Source: Escherichia phage JN02
Direction: 5' to 3' (one strand)
Length of the DNA stretch: 64,000 nucleotides
Sequence record: MT782071.1
Translations under genes and position numbers: made by a program
The notes under the pieces: model-generated
What the model was told of the DNA's origin: nothing
What the model saw: the letters and a program-made list of their open reading frames with translations, nothing else
Databases searched by the model: none
Shown: positions 8,935 to 18,489 of the stretch, piece after piece
Layout of the letters: each line of letters begins with the position of its first letter
How positions within the stretch are numbered: position 1 is the stretch's first letter

Positions 8935-8954
8935 CCATCCTTGGTTGTAAACTG
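8908..8954 (-). repeat. 46-bp promoter cassette, copy 1 (near-identical to 50301..50346)
   Basis: gttaagatagaaagattatactccaaccatccttggttgtaaactg; minus strand gives GTTTAC -35, inverted repeat caacca/tggttg, TATAAT -10. Confidence 0.6.
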
Positions 8955-8957
8955 GTT

Positions 8958-9635
8958 TTATCGCTGTTTTACACTTAACGGGTCAGGATTCTCAGGGACA
9001 TCTTCAAGGCCAAGCGCATAACGCTGAGCGTATTTTAACATCAAAATATCTTTAGCACAATCATGAATACTATCATGGGCAACGAATCCTTTTAGCGTAC
9101 CCATCGGTAATGGACACATACTTAATCCTCGTGTCAACGAGTAAGCTTCGATTGCCGTACGAATATCGCGTTGAGCCCAGAATTTAACCGGTTCTAATTT
9201 ATCAGTATCAATCTCGGGTTCAAGAACACCTTCATCACGATAGAGGTCACGAATCAAATCGACCAAGATCGGGAAGTCAAAGCTCATACCACGGCACCAC
9301 ATCTGTGATTTCCATTGGTCAACTTTATTAGCTCGGCAATAATCTAAAAAGATTTTAATACCTTCAAGCGTAGTGACATCGTCTTCAGACGGAGCCAAGT
9401 TTTTACGCGCTTCAGCCGATTGTTCTTTCCACCATTTCATAGTGGATTTAGCGAAAACTCGCTTCCCTTTCTGAGAAGCTAAATTAAATTTAATTCGCTT
9501 ACCTCGTTGAACAAGTTCTTCAAATGATTCAACAACTTCAGGGTCGGAATTATATGCAATAACCGCAAGGTCAATAACAGCCGCTTTTGATGTATTGCCG
9601 AATGTTTCAAAATCTATAATAACATCAGTGCTCAT
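8958..9635 (-). CDS. dexA: exonuclease A (DEDD 3'-5' exonuclease)
   Basis: 225 aa; IIDFETFG...AVIDLAVIA and GFVAHDSIHDCAKDILM match T4 DexA as recalled. Confidence 0.85.
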   Translation of the reverse strand: MSTDVIIDFETFGNTSKAAVIDLAVIAYNSDPEVVESFEELVQRGKRIKFNLASQKGKRVFAKSTMKWWKEQSAEARKNLAPSEDDVTTLEGIKIFLDYCRANKVDQWKSQMWCRGMSFDFPILVDLIRDLYRDEGVLEPEIDTDKLEPVKFWAQRDIRTAIEAYSLTRGLSMCPLPMGTLKGFVAHDSIHDCAKDILMLKYAQRYALGLEDVPENPDPLSVKQR

Positions 9636-9644
9636 AATTTTCTC

Positions 9645-10958
9645 TCAAATAAAATGGACGTCAAACCGACCACGAGTTGTGCCAACATACAATAACTGTT
9701 TAGCTAATTCTGAATCGGCATAATGGATACACGGTGTATAAACAAAGGCCGTGTCAACAGACATACCCTGGGCCTTATGGAAGGTTGATACTGGTAGTGC
9801 CTTCACCTTAGTGAACATACGTTTAGCATCCCAGAATTCGCTCCATGGAGCTTTACCACCTTTATTCCAAAATTTGTATGTTTCTGCGGTCTTAGCCAAA
9901 AACAAATTGAATTTATAAAGCTCTTCTTCAGAAGAAATAACCTTTATATCTTCACGGATGTATTCTTCATCATCCCCGTATGTTTCTACTGTAAGATTCC
10001 AGTATCGTATCATATATTCGCCTGAAACACCACGTGCTTTAACGAATGTAGACGTTTCTACAGCATCTCGAATACGAACGAATTGGCCGTTATTGAAAAG
10101 CATTTCGGTCATATTTTTACCATCTAGCTTATACGTCTTAGTAAATGGCTCCTGTAGAACAATGACTTCGTCTTTAATAAATGGTTTTTCTGTTTCAAGA
10201 AGTTTTCGGCGAATAATTGAATTTAACTTGTCCACTGACTTATTTGTGAATGCCATCATTCGATTTTCGAAAAGGTCTTCAGGAGTTTTAACGACGTTAA
10301 AATAGTTCATCATATACGATTTAAGGTCTGTATATCCATGAACACCATGCCCATCAACTACTTTATCGTAAATCCATTTGCCGTTACGAATATCAGTCGC
10401 AACATCAATAATTGGTGCATTGCTACGTTTAACTTCTGTAAGGTTGCATTGCACGAAGTCTTTGTGTGTGAAGAAAGGACTTAGATACGCAGTTGATTCG
10501 CCTGGGTCTACCGGACGAATCTGGCATCGGTCGCCGATGCCAATTACTGTACACCATTTAGGGATACTAGCTAACATTATTTTAAACAGAGAACGGTCGC
10601 ACATTGATGCTTCATCAAATAACAGTACACGACACAAGGCTAAGTCGGGAACCTTTTTCTGTTCAAACAATACGTTTTCTTCGTATGTAGTTGGGTTGAT
10701 TTTAAGAATGCTATGAATAGTCGATGCTTCTTGACCTGCAAGTTTGCTTAGAACCTTTTTAGCGGCATGTGTAGGGGCTGCTAAAATAATACCTGATTCT
10801 CCAGAAGAAATAAGGGCTTCAACGATGAATCTAGTAAGGGTTGTTTTACCTGTACCAGCAGGCCCATTAATAGTTACGTGATGTTTCTTTTCTTTAATAG
10901 CGTTCATAACAACGTTGAAGGCGTTTTTCTGGCCTTCAGTCAAATCATCAAATGTCAT
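9645..10958 (-). CDS. dda: Dda DNA helicase (SF1B)
   Basis: 437 aa; Walker A GPAGTGKTT, strong resemblance to T4 Dda; syntenic. Confidence 0.9.
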   Translation of the reverse strand: MTFDDLTEGQKNAFNVVMNAIKEKKHHVTINGPAGTGKTTLTRFIVEALISSGESGIILAAPTHAAKKVLSKLAGQEASTIHSILKINPTTYEENVLFEQKKVPDLALCRVLLFDEASMCDRSLFKIMLASIPKWCTVIGIGDRCQIRPVDPGESTAYLSPFFTHKDFVQCNLTEVKRSNAPIIDVATDIRNGKWIYDKVVDGHGVHGYTDLKSYMMNYFNVVKTPEDLFENRMMAFTNKSVDKLNSIIRRKLLETEKPFIKDEVIVLQEPFTKTYKLDGKNMTEMLFNNGQFVRIRDAVETSTFVKARGVSGEYMIRYWNLTVETYGDDEEYIREDIKVISSEEELYKFNLFLAKTAETYKFWNKGGKAPWSEFWDAKRMFTKVKALPVSTFHKAQGMSVDTAFVYTPCIHYADSELAKQLLYVGTTRGRFDVHFI

Positions 10959-11266
10959 CGTAAAGTCCCTGCAATTGGAATACTAACAATACGGCCTGTG
11001 TCCAGGATTCGTTGATATAATTTTTGCGTCTCCGCATCTAGTTTAATGTGTTTCATTTCAAGCTTATTAAACCAGAACTTACGCGGAGTTTCGACCATTC
11101 TTAGAACTCCCATTTTTAAATCTGTTTTATACTGTGTTTTCAAAGTATCAAAAACTTTATCTGCAATATCCTTTCTAAAAAATACTGCAGGACGATGCTC
11201 ATCAAGTGGAACCGGGACAGTAAATCCTTCCATATCTCGATAAACTATTGCATATACATAAACCAT
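10955..11266 (-). CDS. hypothetical protein (dda.1 position)
   Basis: 103-aa ORF with 4-nt overlap to dda. Confidence 0.4.
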   Translation of the reverse strand: MVYVYAIVYRDMEGFTVPVPLDEHRPAVFFRKDIADKVFDTLKTQYKTDLKMGVLRMVETPRKFWFNKLEMKHIKLDAETQKLYQRILDTGRIVSIPIAGTLR

Positions 11267-11268
11267 AA

Positions 11269-12015
11269 TTAACCTTTAATCAGTTGGAATAATGATGCGC
11301 TAAGTGGTAGGCCACGTTTCAATTTTAATTTACCAATGAAACCGATCTTTTCAAAACGTTGCAGACCTTGGATAACTTTATCATATGTATCGAAAAGCGA
11401 TTCAGCGTCAGTTAATTTAGTTTTAGTTTTCCAGTCAGAGCCTTTAAGAAGAACGTTGAGTTTAGTAAGTTCATGGCCTTCTGCTTGATGTGAGCCATTA
11501 ATGCGTGCTTTCAAAGCAACAATTCTAAGTTTAGATTCGTTAGATAAAGGTTGATTTTTCATCATGTTCGCCATATGCTTAACACGATTTTCACGTTTTG
11601 CTCGGATTTTTAAAATAGTACCATAAACCTTTTTAATTTGGGCCCATTTCTTCTCGTCGAGATTAAGTTTCTCTACTTTACGGGCAGAAGGATTAGCGAT
11701 ACGTCTTGCAATGACATCACGTTTCTCAATAAGTTCTTCTAATGTTAAATCAGAACGAGCCGTGTTATATTTTTTCTTAACTGGGATAACATTACCTTTA
11801 ATGTAGCCTATATCATTATTAAAACGTTCTAAGGATAATTTCTCACCTTCAACAGAGTTATTGAAAGATTCACCTGAGTAAGCGCAGACCTTTTGATCAA
11901 GAATGTTTTTAAGGTAATTAAAGTCTAAGTTAAAATCCTTAGAGCGTCTCTTCGCAGAAGCTCTGGTGTGGTCAAGACGACGATTGATTTTGTTAATTTT
12001 ATTATTTGATAACAT
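11269..12015 (-). CDS. srd: Srd-like protein (putative sigma factor decoy), by position and size
   Basis: 248-aa basic protein at the T4 srd position; identity not verified. Confidence 0.45.
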   Translation of the reverse strand: MLSNNKINKINRRLDHTRASAKRRSKDFNLDFNYLKNILDQKVCAYSGESFNNSVEGEKLSLERFNNDIGYIKGNVIPVKKKYNTARSDLTLEELIEKRDVIARRIANPSARKVEKLNLDEKKWAQIKKVYGTILKIRAKRENRVKHMANMMKNQPLSNESKLRIVALKARINGSHQAEGHELTKLNVLLKGSDWKTKTKLTDAESLFDTYDKVIQGLQRFEKIGFIGKLKLKRGLPLSASLFQLIKG

Positions 12016-12167
12016 AATATTTTCCTCTGTCTTACGGACGTTAGGTCATTTAGCTGATGGGTCTATAATATCATGCCCTCAGGTAGTGTACACTCTTTTT
12101 TCGTAAAATGCTTTAATTTTTTATGTGTTATAATGGTTCTGAGTTCCATCCGGTTATTCCAATCCAG

Positions 12168-12776
12168 TCAGTAACTGACAATAGACAGATTCCAGATTGT
12201 ATAACGTCCATCTTGAATAATAGAATCTACACGCAGTGTAGTCCCTATAGGGAGCATAAATTCACATTCGTCAGATATAAGTCTAGCATTAGACCGTCTT
12301 GTCGCTTCAGGGAAAGCTCCATTGAACTCACAAGATGGTGCAGCCAGAATCATATTAAGCATATGTTCACGGAAGTTGAAAGCAAATGGTGCATCTTTGA
12401 CGCAGAACATATTAAATGTTCCATAAAAATTATATGAAGCGAAGTTACGTGCTACACCAAACACCGGACTAAAGCTCATTACTCTGTCAAATTTAATAAT
12501 ACTACTAACGCCTTTATCGTCGAGTGTGGCCATAGTTTTCTTAGAGATTCCACGATACATTGTCTCAGGAACAGAAGACGTCCAATTTCTACGAACGATT
12601 GAACTTAACTCCTGTTGAATACAGTCTGGCTTGTTTTCCATACACTGCCAAAGGATGCTTTGTTCATTATCGTTGAATTGACTATCAATTTCGTACTGCA
12701 ATACATCTTGATATTCGGGGTTTTGAGCACGACGAACCATTTCTTCAATTTCACACTCGTTATACGGCATAAACAT
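12168..12776 (-). CDS. modA: ADP-ribosyltransferase, ModA-like
   Basis: 202 aa; YRGI motif; paralogous to adjacent ORF; T4 modA position. Confidence 0.55.
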   Translation of the reverse strand: MFMPYNECEIEEMVRRAQNPEYQDVLQYEIDSQFNDNEQSILWQCMENKPDCIQQELSSIVRRNWTSSVPETMYRGISKKTMATLDDKGVSSIIKFDRVMSFSPVFGVARNFASYNFYGTFNMFCVKDAPFAFNFREHMLNMILAAPSCEFNGAFPEATRRSNARLISDECEFMLPIGTTLRVDSIIQDGRYTIWNLSIVSY

Positions 12777-12833
12777 TTAGGTTTCTCCTATGGTTGATAA
12801 AAGTATAGTATCATCGTCAGTAGAGTTTGTACA

Positions 12834-13415
12834 CTAAAAATTCAACATTTTCAAATGAATGATTTTGTATAACCGAGATAAAGGGTCATATTCTAAGTCT
12901 TCAATTTCCACAATCTCAAATCTAGAGATACCTGAGACCATGTACTCTTGTTCAGATTCAATCATATCTAGGACATCGATACGAGTTTCTTCCATAACAT
13001 GCTTAGGGTTCTTTCCGGCAAGTACAATGTTAACCATGTTTTGATAGTAATCAAAAATGAATGGAGCATTCCTGAGACTAAGAATAGTGTACGTCTGATA
13101 TTCCCATCTCCCAGAGAATTGACGAGCTGTACTGAAATCAGTTGTGAACGATGTTACTCGTCCAGGAGACCAATGGCATCCAACAGAAAGAAGAGAAAGA
13201 CGTTCTACTTCTTCTGGAGTTACACCGCGGTAGAGTTCTACTGGTACTGTAGAAGTCATATGCTTACGAACAAGATGGTCTAATTCATAGTGGAAATCCG
13301 GGTCTTCCTTAGAATCGGTGCAAGCCCAGAGAATGTTTTGTTCTTGGCGGGTGAATTTGCTATCAATCAGATTTGTTAGGTATTCACGTTCTTGAAGTTC
13401 AGATTGACATGTCAT
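12834..13415 (-). CDS. modB: ADP-ribosyltransferase, ModB-like
   Basis: 193 aa; shares QEQNILWAC and YRGV motifs with the ModA-like ORF. Confidence 0.55.
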   Translation of the reverse strand: MTCQSELQEREYLTNLIDSKFTRQEQNILWACTDSKEDPDFHYELDHLVRKHMTSTVPVELYRGVTPEEVERLSLLSVGCHWSPGRVTSFTTDFSTARQFSGRWEYQTYTILSLRNAPFIFDYYQNMVNIVLAGKNPKHVMEETRIDVLDMIESEQEYMVSGISRFEIVEIEDLEYDPLSRLYKIIHLKMLNF

Positions 13416-13631
13416 GATAGACCTCCATTTAAAGATAAGCCTATCATAACACGAGAGGAGGGAATGTAAACTACTTTTTAAGCTTTCCTACTAAAGGACC
13501 ATCAGGACCTGGTTGTTCTAACATGAATAAGGATGCTTTAAAAAGCAATGTCAACCCTTTCACCATTCGATACCATGTCTCAAAGTCTTTTTCCTTGATT
13601 TCTAGTAAGAATTTCTCTTTAAATTTCTCTT

Positions 13632-13820
13632 TCATTTCCATGGACTCCATGGTGGAGGGTCGTCATAATAAGAGGCAAGGTCTTTCAGGGCTTCAACAGG
13701 TAAACTAAAGCCGTGTCGTTGTATAATACTATCTAGTTCATCAACAAGTTCACTACGATGCACTTTAGGAGCCTCAACTTCAGGCTCATCAAACATACTC
13801 ATCAAGTCCATATTATTCAC
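13632..13820 (-). CDS. hypothetical small protein
   Basis: 62-aa ORF, acidic, co-directional. Confidence 0.3.
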   Translation of the reverse strand: MNNMDLMSMFDEPEVEAPKVHRSELVDELDSIIQRHGFSLPVEALKDLASYYDDPPPWSPWK

Positions 13821-14277
13821 CGAGATAAAAACTAGCAGGTTCAGAGAATGTTTCTAGTGCTACGCCTTTTGTCTTAAAAAATTTCCAAATAGCTCGTTGC
13901 AAATGGGTTAAATCTGCTAATGATGTAATAAAGTATTTTTTGGCAAAATACTTATGGTCTCGCTTTTCAAATAAGTCTAAACGCTTTTCTGGATTCACAT
14001 AAACTGCATTTTCCGTAGATTCATAACCTAAGTCCTTTATGCCTTCTTCAAGACTAAACGGGGAATTTTTAGAATGAGTAATAGCTCCAACTCGCTCTAC
14101 ACGAATTTTATAACCTTTAGGAATCTGCAATTTGCAGAATTCTTCTACGATATATTGCGGATTATTTAGGCTTTTGTTAATGAGAATAGCTATTTCTAGC
14201 GGAGTCTTATCTTCTACTGGTATATGTTTAAACGACTTGGCTTCAAGCAAATACATTTTAAATAACATAGCATCCAT
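13813..14277 (-). CDS. hypothetical protein
   Basis: 154-aa ORF. Confidence 0.4.
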   Translation of the reverse strand: MDAMLFKMYLLEAKSFKHIPVEDKTPLEIAILINKSLNNPQYIVEEFCKLQIPKGYKIRVERVGAITHSKNSPFSLEEGIKDLGYESTENAVYVNPEKRLDLFEKRDHKYFAKKYFITSLADLTHLQRAIWKFFKTKGVALETFSEPASFYLGE

Positions 14278-14483
14278 TATAATTTCCTCGATGGTTCACC
14301 CATATAAAGTTTTACAATACGTTCGCCTTCATCTTCGACGAGCTTCTCTTCATGTTTCTGGAATTCTTTAGCCATATTCTCTTCAAGAACATCCAGCCAA
14401 TCTTCTGGTCCGACACCATCGTCCCAGCTTTTAAACCATTTAACTATCTTGTTCATTCGCAGCTCCCTGAGCTTGAACCACAA
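14277..14483 (-). CDS. hypothetical small protein
   Basis: 68-aa ORF; start/stop overlap with neighbours. Confidence 0.3.
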   Translation of the reverse strand: MWFKLRELRMNKIVKWFKSWDDGVGPEDWLDVLEENMAKEFQKHEEKLVEDEGERIVKLYMGEPSRKL

Positions 14484-14776
14484 TCAGAATAACTTGACCC
14501 GGAATCACCAGGCCAAGACGATACGTATGAATGATTATAACTTGAAGAGCTTGAAGCGTTAACCTGGTTTGGTTTTGGACGAACAACTTCTTCCATCATG
14601 CCGTCACCAATGTATTCCCAACTTTTTTCGTGTGTATCAGGAATAGGCATCATACCTTCGCCTGGTTTAACAGCAAACAACTTCTTCAGCATCGTAAGCA
14701 TTAATTGTTCCTCGAACAAAACGAACACCACCGTCATCCCAACGGATTTCGGCATTAAATTTGACGTCTTCACCAT
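14453..14776 (-). CDS. hypothetical protein with Ser/Gly-rich C-terminal tail
   Basis: 107-aa ORF; overlaps the upstream ORF so the true start is probably an internal Met near 14653. Confidence 0.3.
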   Translation of the reverse strand: MVKTSNLMPKSVGMTVVFVLFEEQLMLTMLKKLFAVKPGEGMMPIPDTHEKSWEYIGDGMMEEVVRPKPNQVNASSSSSYNHSYVSSWPGDSGSSYSDCGSSSGSCE

Positions 14777-14894
14777 CCATCATGAATGAGTGTACGACTA
14801 CATCATCATAATATCCAAGACCATATTTCAACGAAACTTCTTGAGCAATCAAAGCACCTAATGTGTTATTGGGTTTAATCCAACGATTTAACAT
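14667..14894 (-). CDS. hypothetical small protein
   Basis: 75-aa ORF with GAGGAGAA RBS. Confidence 0.35.
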   Translation of the reverse strand: MLNRWIKPNNTLGALIAQEVSLKYGLGYYDDVVVHSFMMDGEDVKFNAEIRWDDGGVRFVRGTINAYDAEEVVCC

Positions 14895-14918
14895 ATTGTT
14901 CTCCTCTTGAGTAAGTAA

Positions 14919-14952
14919 GAATATCTTAACATAGTTTTTAGTGGTTGTAAAC
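14919..14952 (-). promoter_or_regulatory. early promoter candidate
   Basis: minus strand GTTTAC followed by weak -10 (TTAAGA/TAAGAT). Confidence 0.3.
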
Positions 14953-14960
14953 TGTAGAAA

Positions 14961-14986
14961 CGAAAAAAGGAATCCCGAAGGATTCC
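14961..14986 (-). terminator. rho-independent terminator downstream of soc
   Basis: minus strand GGAATCC-TTCG-GGATTCC followed by TTTTTTCG. Confidence 0.6.
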
Positions 14987-14995
14987 TTAAATTAT

Positions 14996-15232
14996 TTAAC
15001 CACTTACTGGTGTAGGGGTAAACATTGCAGCGTTCTTAGTTTTCCAAGTTGCTGCATCAGAAACAACATCAGAATAAGCTGCCTTTTCTGATGGAAAGAT
15101 TTGGTAATGAGAATCTGCAATCCGATGTTCGTTTGAATAAATCTCAAACGGAACAGAAACTTCCATACCTTTAACTTCTTTACCTTCACCCGCAGGATGC
15201 GTAAAGGTTTTGATGTTTACATAACCACCCAT
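14996..15232 (-). CDS. soc: small outer capsid protein Soc
   Basis: 78 aa; GYVNIKTF...HYQIFPSEKAAYS matches T4 Soc as recalled. Confidence 0.85.
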   Translation of the reverse strand: MGGYVNIKTFTHPAGEGKEVKGMEVSVPFEIYSNEHRIADSHYQIFPSEKAAYSDVVSDAATWKTKNAAMFTPTPVSG

Positions 15233-15263
15233 AATTAACTCCTTTGTTGTTTAATTACAGGTG

Positions 15264-15271
15264 TATTTATA
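15264..15271 (-). promoter_or_regulatory. late promoter TATAAATA for soc
   Basis: exact TATAAATA on minus strand about 32 nt upstream of soc ATG, with AAGGAG RBS between. Confidence 0.5.
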
Positions 15272-15277
15272 ACTTAA

Positions 15278-15814
15278 TTAGTAACCATTATCCTGACGTT
15301 CAAAGTTGTGTTGGTTTTTCAAGTAGTAAAGTTTAAAGATTTCTTCTGCTGTAAGACCAAGACCCTGGAACATATTCAGAACGAAATGAAGAATATCAAT
15401 CATCTCGAATTTAATTTCAAGCTGGTCTTCAGGAGACAGTTCATCGATACGACGATTTCGATATTCAGCATGTTGTGCTTTCCATGGCTTCCATACAGAG
15501 CTAGCGGCTTTTTCACCATTGCTCATACCACCAAGTGAAGTCAGCAGTTCACGGAATTCATCATCAATATAATCTTTCTGATTACGCAGCCAATCAACAA
15601 CATCGCCGGCAGTGGCCAATTCATCAGGATGTTTGTTATGTTCAGGCTTGTCATTTGCCAGACGAACCTGTAAAGATTTCTGCATATCAAGCATTACCTG
15701 CAGAGGGTCTTTATCTTCGTGAATCAGAGCATTAAAATAAGCTTCTTCTGCTTTATCAACACCAGAAATAAGTTGTGAACATTCGTTAAAGTGTGCCATT
15801 ATTTTTCCTTTCAA
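15278..15814 (-). CDS. 56: dCTP pyrophosphatase (MazG-like)
   Basis: 178 aa at the T4 gene 56 position between soc and 61; call rests on size and synteny. Confidence 0.75.
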   Translation of the reverse strand: MKGKIMAHFNECSQLISGVDKAEEAYFNALIHEDKDPLQVMLDMQKSLQVRLANDKPEHNKHPDELATAGDVVDWLRNQKDYIDDEFRELLTSLGGMSNGEKAASSVWKPWKAQHAEYRNRRIDELSPEDQLEIKFEMIDILHFVLNMFQGLGLTAEEIFKLYYLKNQHNFERQDNGY

Positions 15815-15887
15815 TTCAGTATAAGAGAGTTAATTCTAACATTAATTTTATAAAGCGTAATAAATAATAGGTAACTAAGGAGATATT

Positions 15888-16085
15888 ATGTTTAAACTTC
15901 CATCGTTAATCAACGCTATTAAAGGCAATAAAAAGAAAACTGCTATCGCTGCAATAGTTGTAGGTGGCATTATTTCATGGAACTTCGGGATTGCACCATT
16001 GTTAGTTGCCCATGGTGTTATAGTTCCTTCTGTTCCATTGGATACTGTAGTTGATTTGGCCTTTGCTATTATAGGGCTTGTTTAA
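15888..16085 (+). CDS. small hydrophobic membrane protein (only plus-strand gene called)
   Basis: 65 aa, AIAAIVVGGIISWNFGIAPLLVAHGVIV; strong RBS AAGGAG 7 nt upstream of ATG; convergent with gene 61. Confidence 0.45.
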   Translation: MFKLPSLINAIKGNKKKTAIAAIVVGGIISWNFGIAPLLVAHGVIVPSVPLDTVVDLAFAIIGLV

Positions 16086-17104
16086 ATCTTCGAATAACGA
16101 GATAATCTCATTTTAGCATGCAACCCACTTGAAATATTCTGTTTCATATATTCTAAAATTTCTTGTGGTGTTGCATTTTCTTTCATTACCATATCATTCA
16201 CATCCTTTGATCTCCATGGAGCTCGGTCCCAGAACATGACACGTTCGCCTGCATCAACTAATCGCTTCATGCGAGCTATAGTATCCGGATGCCTAGGTTC
16301 ATTATCCATTACCCATACCCGACGTTCTTTAAATGGTACCACATCTAAATCTATTGAGCCGCCTGTAATAGCGATTGCATTGGGTATGAATAAACTATCA
16401 ATAGGGCCTTCCATTACCCAGACGTCTCCTTCCTTAACACGTTCAACACCATAAATTTTTGTTGCAGACTCAAACGCTTTAATAGTGATATATTTCTGAG
16501 GAGCATCTTTACGAAGTGCACGTCCTTGGAATGACTCAGCCTTCCCGTCTTTATTAAAAATAGGAATCACTAAACGTGGCTCGGGAATCTCTTTCTTATA
16601 CGTACCAGGTTGAATCTTGTTGACCAATTTAGGCCATTCTAATGTGAACCATAATCTGTTCCATGATTCTTTAGGAATGCATCGAGACTTAACATATTTC
16701 ACAATAGGATGCTCTTCAGGCAGCTTGTCAAGACGAGAACAAGACGGCAAAGAATTTATAGTCTTTTTCTCCGGTTCTGGTTTATGTTCAGGAACCTTTT
16801 CAACCTTTGGTTCCATTCTAGCTTTTTCTTTACGAACTTCCATTAGATATTCGCGGTAAAGCTCTTCATCATACTCTTTTAAGTATCCGGAAATTGTATT
16901 GTGGTATTGACAATTATAGCAATGTACATTACCAGGAGTACCGCCATAATACCATCCGCGAGCTTTCATTGCATCTGTCTGAGAGTCGCCACAAACTGGA
17001 CATCGAAATGTTAATTTAAATGTGCTTGAATTATTGATTTGTCTAAAACGAGGTAGGTGAGAAAACGCACGATAAGCAAATTCATTATCTATCCATTCAG
17101 CCAT
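16082..17104 (-). CDS. 61: DNA primase
   Basis: 340 aa; zinc ribbon CPVCGDS...CYNCQ; size and position as T4 gp61. Confidence 0.85.
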   Translation of the reverse strand: MAEWIDNEFAYRAFSHLPRFRQINNSSTFKLTFRCPVCGDSQTDAMKARGWYYGGTPGNVHCYNCQYHNTISGYLKEYDEELYREYLMEVRKEKARMEPKVEKVPEHKPEPEKKTINSLPSCSRLDKLPEEHPIVKYVKSRCIPKESWNRLWFTLEWPKLVNKIQPGTYKKEIPEPRLVIPIFNKDGKAESFQGRALRKDAPQKYITIKAFESATKIYGVERVKEGDVWVMEGPIDSLFIPNAIAITGGSIDLDVVPFKERRVWVMDNEPRHPDTIARMKRLVDAGERVMFWDRAPWRSKDVNDMVMKENATPQEILEYMKQNISSGLHAKMRLSRYSKI

Positions 17105-17143
17105 AGTATTCTCCAGAGGCCTTAAATTAATAAGGCCATCATA

Positions 17144-17638
17144 TCACAACTTATTAATATTTACTTTAATTCGCTTTCTTTTCTTGGAAGGAATTTGTTC
17201 TGGACCTTTATTTACGACTGCACCTGTAGTTGTTCCTGATGCAATAGCTTGAGGACTGCCGCCTGAATCACCAGCAACCATATCCTCAAATAAAGGGAGT
17301 TCTTTAAATATTTCTTTCTGTTGTTCTTCCGTAATGTTATAGCGTGAAGCTACAGCACTCCAGGCGGACATCATTGAGGCCATTCCATTAAGACCTGGAA
17401 CAGTGCTCATCATTCGCTTCATTGAACGAACTGAAGCATGAAAAGGTGTATACGCCGCTTTCTCTTCGGGAGTAGAAGGACGTTTAAGAACACTTCCACG
17501 TTCATCGATGATTTTGGCTTCGTATGCTTTCCATTCGGTAAAAGGTTTTTGCATTAGTCGAATAAACTTATATGCGTAAACAGAATCTATTGCAGTGTTA
17601 ATAATACCCATAGGTACCTCCTGAGTATATTTAATCAA
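17144..17638 (-). CDS. hypothetical protein (61.1 position)
   Basis: 164-aa ORF with basic C-terminus. Confidence 0.4.
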   Translation of the reverse strand: MIKYTQEVPMGIINTAIDSVYAYKFIRLMQKPFTEWKAYEAKIIDERGSVLKRPSTPEEKAAYTPFHASVRSMKRMMSTVPGLNGMASMMSAWSAVASRYNITEEQQKEIFKELPLFEDMVAGDSGGSPQAIASGTTTGAVVNKGPEQIPSKKRKRIKVNINKL

Positions 17639-17828
17639 TTACAAAGATTGCTTTGTCACCATTTATATCTGTGACTTCATATGTAGTGCCTTCATACTGT
17701 GGAATATTCCAAATTACACCATCATTAGCTTTTACGCTAATATGGCATTGGTGTTTTGAAACAACTTCGTAATCTTCAAAACTTGTAAAAACACTAATTT
17801 TAGAACCAGTGCAAATTGCAGTAGTCAT
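17631..17828 (-). CDS. hypothetical small protein
   Basis: 65-aa ORF. Confidence 0.3.
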   Translation of the reverse strand: MTTAICTGSKISVFTSFEDYEVVSKHQCHISVKANDGVIWNIPQYEGTTYEVTDINGDKAIFVID

Positions 17829-17829
17829 T

Positions 17830-18489
17830 TTAACCTCGATTCATAAATGCATTAAATATTTGATCATCAACAGAAATTTCTAATTCGGCTTCAATTGCTT
17901 CAGCCTTTTCTTCAGGTGGTAATTCGTATCCACACACTACAATTTTTTCATCGATATCAAAATATACAGAAGCAATACGATTAATGTTACTTTCAGTTAA
18001 GTCTAAATCAACATCAACATCTTTTTGACCTATACTTAAAGGATAACTAATACGGGTTATTTTATTATCTTTAACAAAGAGTCCACCAACATACTCTGTA
18101 CTACGTTTGAAGTTTACACGTTTCCGAATTGAAAGATATGATACATCTTTACCGTGAGCTCGGCTCATAGGACATAATGAATAACTAGAATAAGAGATGT
18201 CAAATCCTACACCTTCAATATGAGCCAACGTGTCATGAGTAAACCAATTATAATCATATGCCAAATCCATTATATTGTAATATGTGAAAGGCACAGGATT
18301 AACATCATATGTTGTACCTTTAAAATCTGCCCAGGCAACGATTTCGTTATCTTTAACAATTACAAAAATTACACCAATATGATATCCGTTATTATTTTCG
18401 TTCGGCGTTATATTATAACATTGTGCATTAGGAAATTTACCATATTTAAATGGCGCGTTTTTGTGCATATAATAAATCATATTATTCAC
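17830..18489 (-). CDS. hypothetical protein
   Basis: 219-aa ORF. Confidence 0.4.
   Translation of the reverse strand: MNNMIYYMHKNAPFKYGKFPNAQCYNITPNENNNGYHIGVIFVIVKDNEIVAWADFKGTTYDVNPVPFTYYNIMDLAYDYNWFTHDTLAHIEGVGFDISYSSYSLCPMSRAHGKDVSYLSIRKRVNFKRSTEYVGGLFVKDNKITRISYPLSIGQKDVDVDLDLTESNINRIASVYFDIDEKIVVCGYELPPEEKAEAIEAELEISVDDQIFNAFMNRG

Noticed and set aside
8365-8954. Possible CRISPR array suggested by recurring attatact...gtaaac motifs
   Set aside because: Repeats are not regularly spaced, are separated by whole genes, and match a -10/-35 promoter architecture on the minus strand
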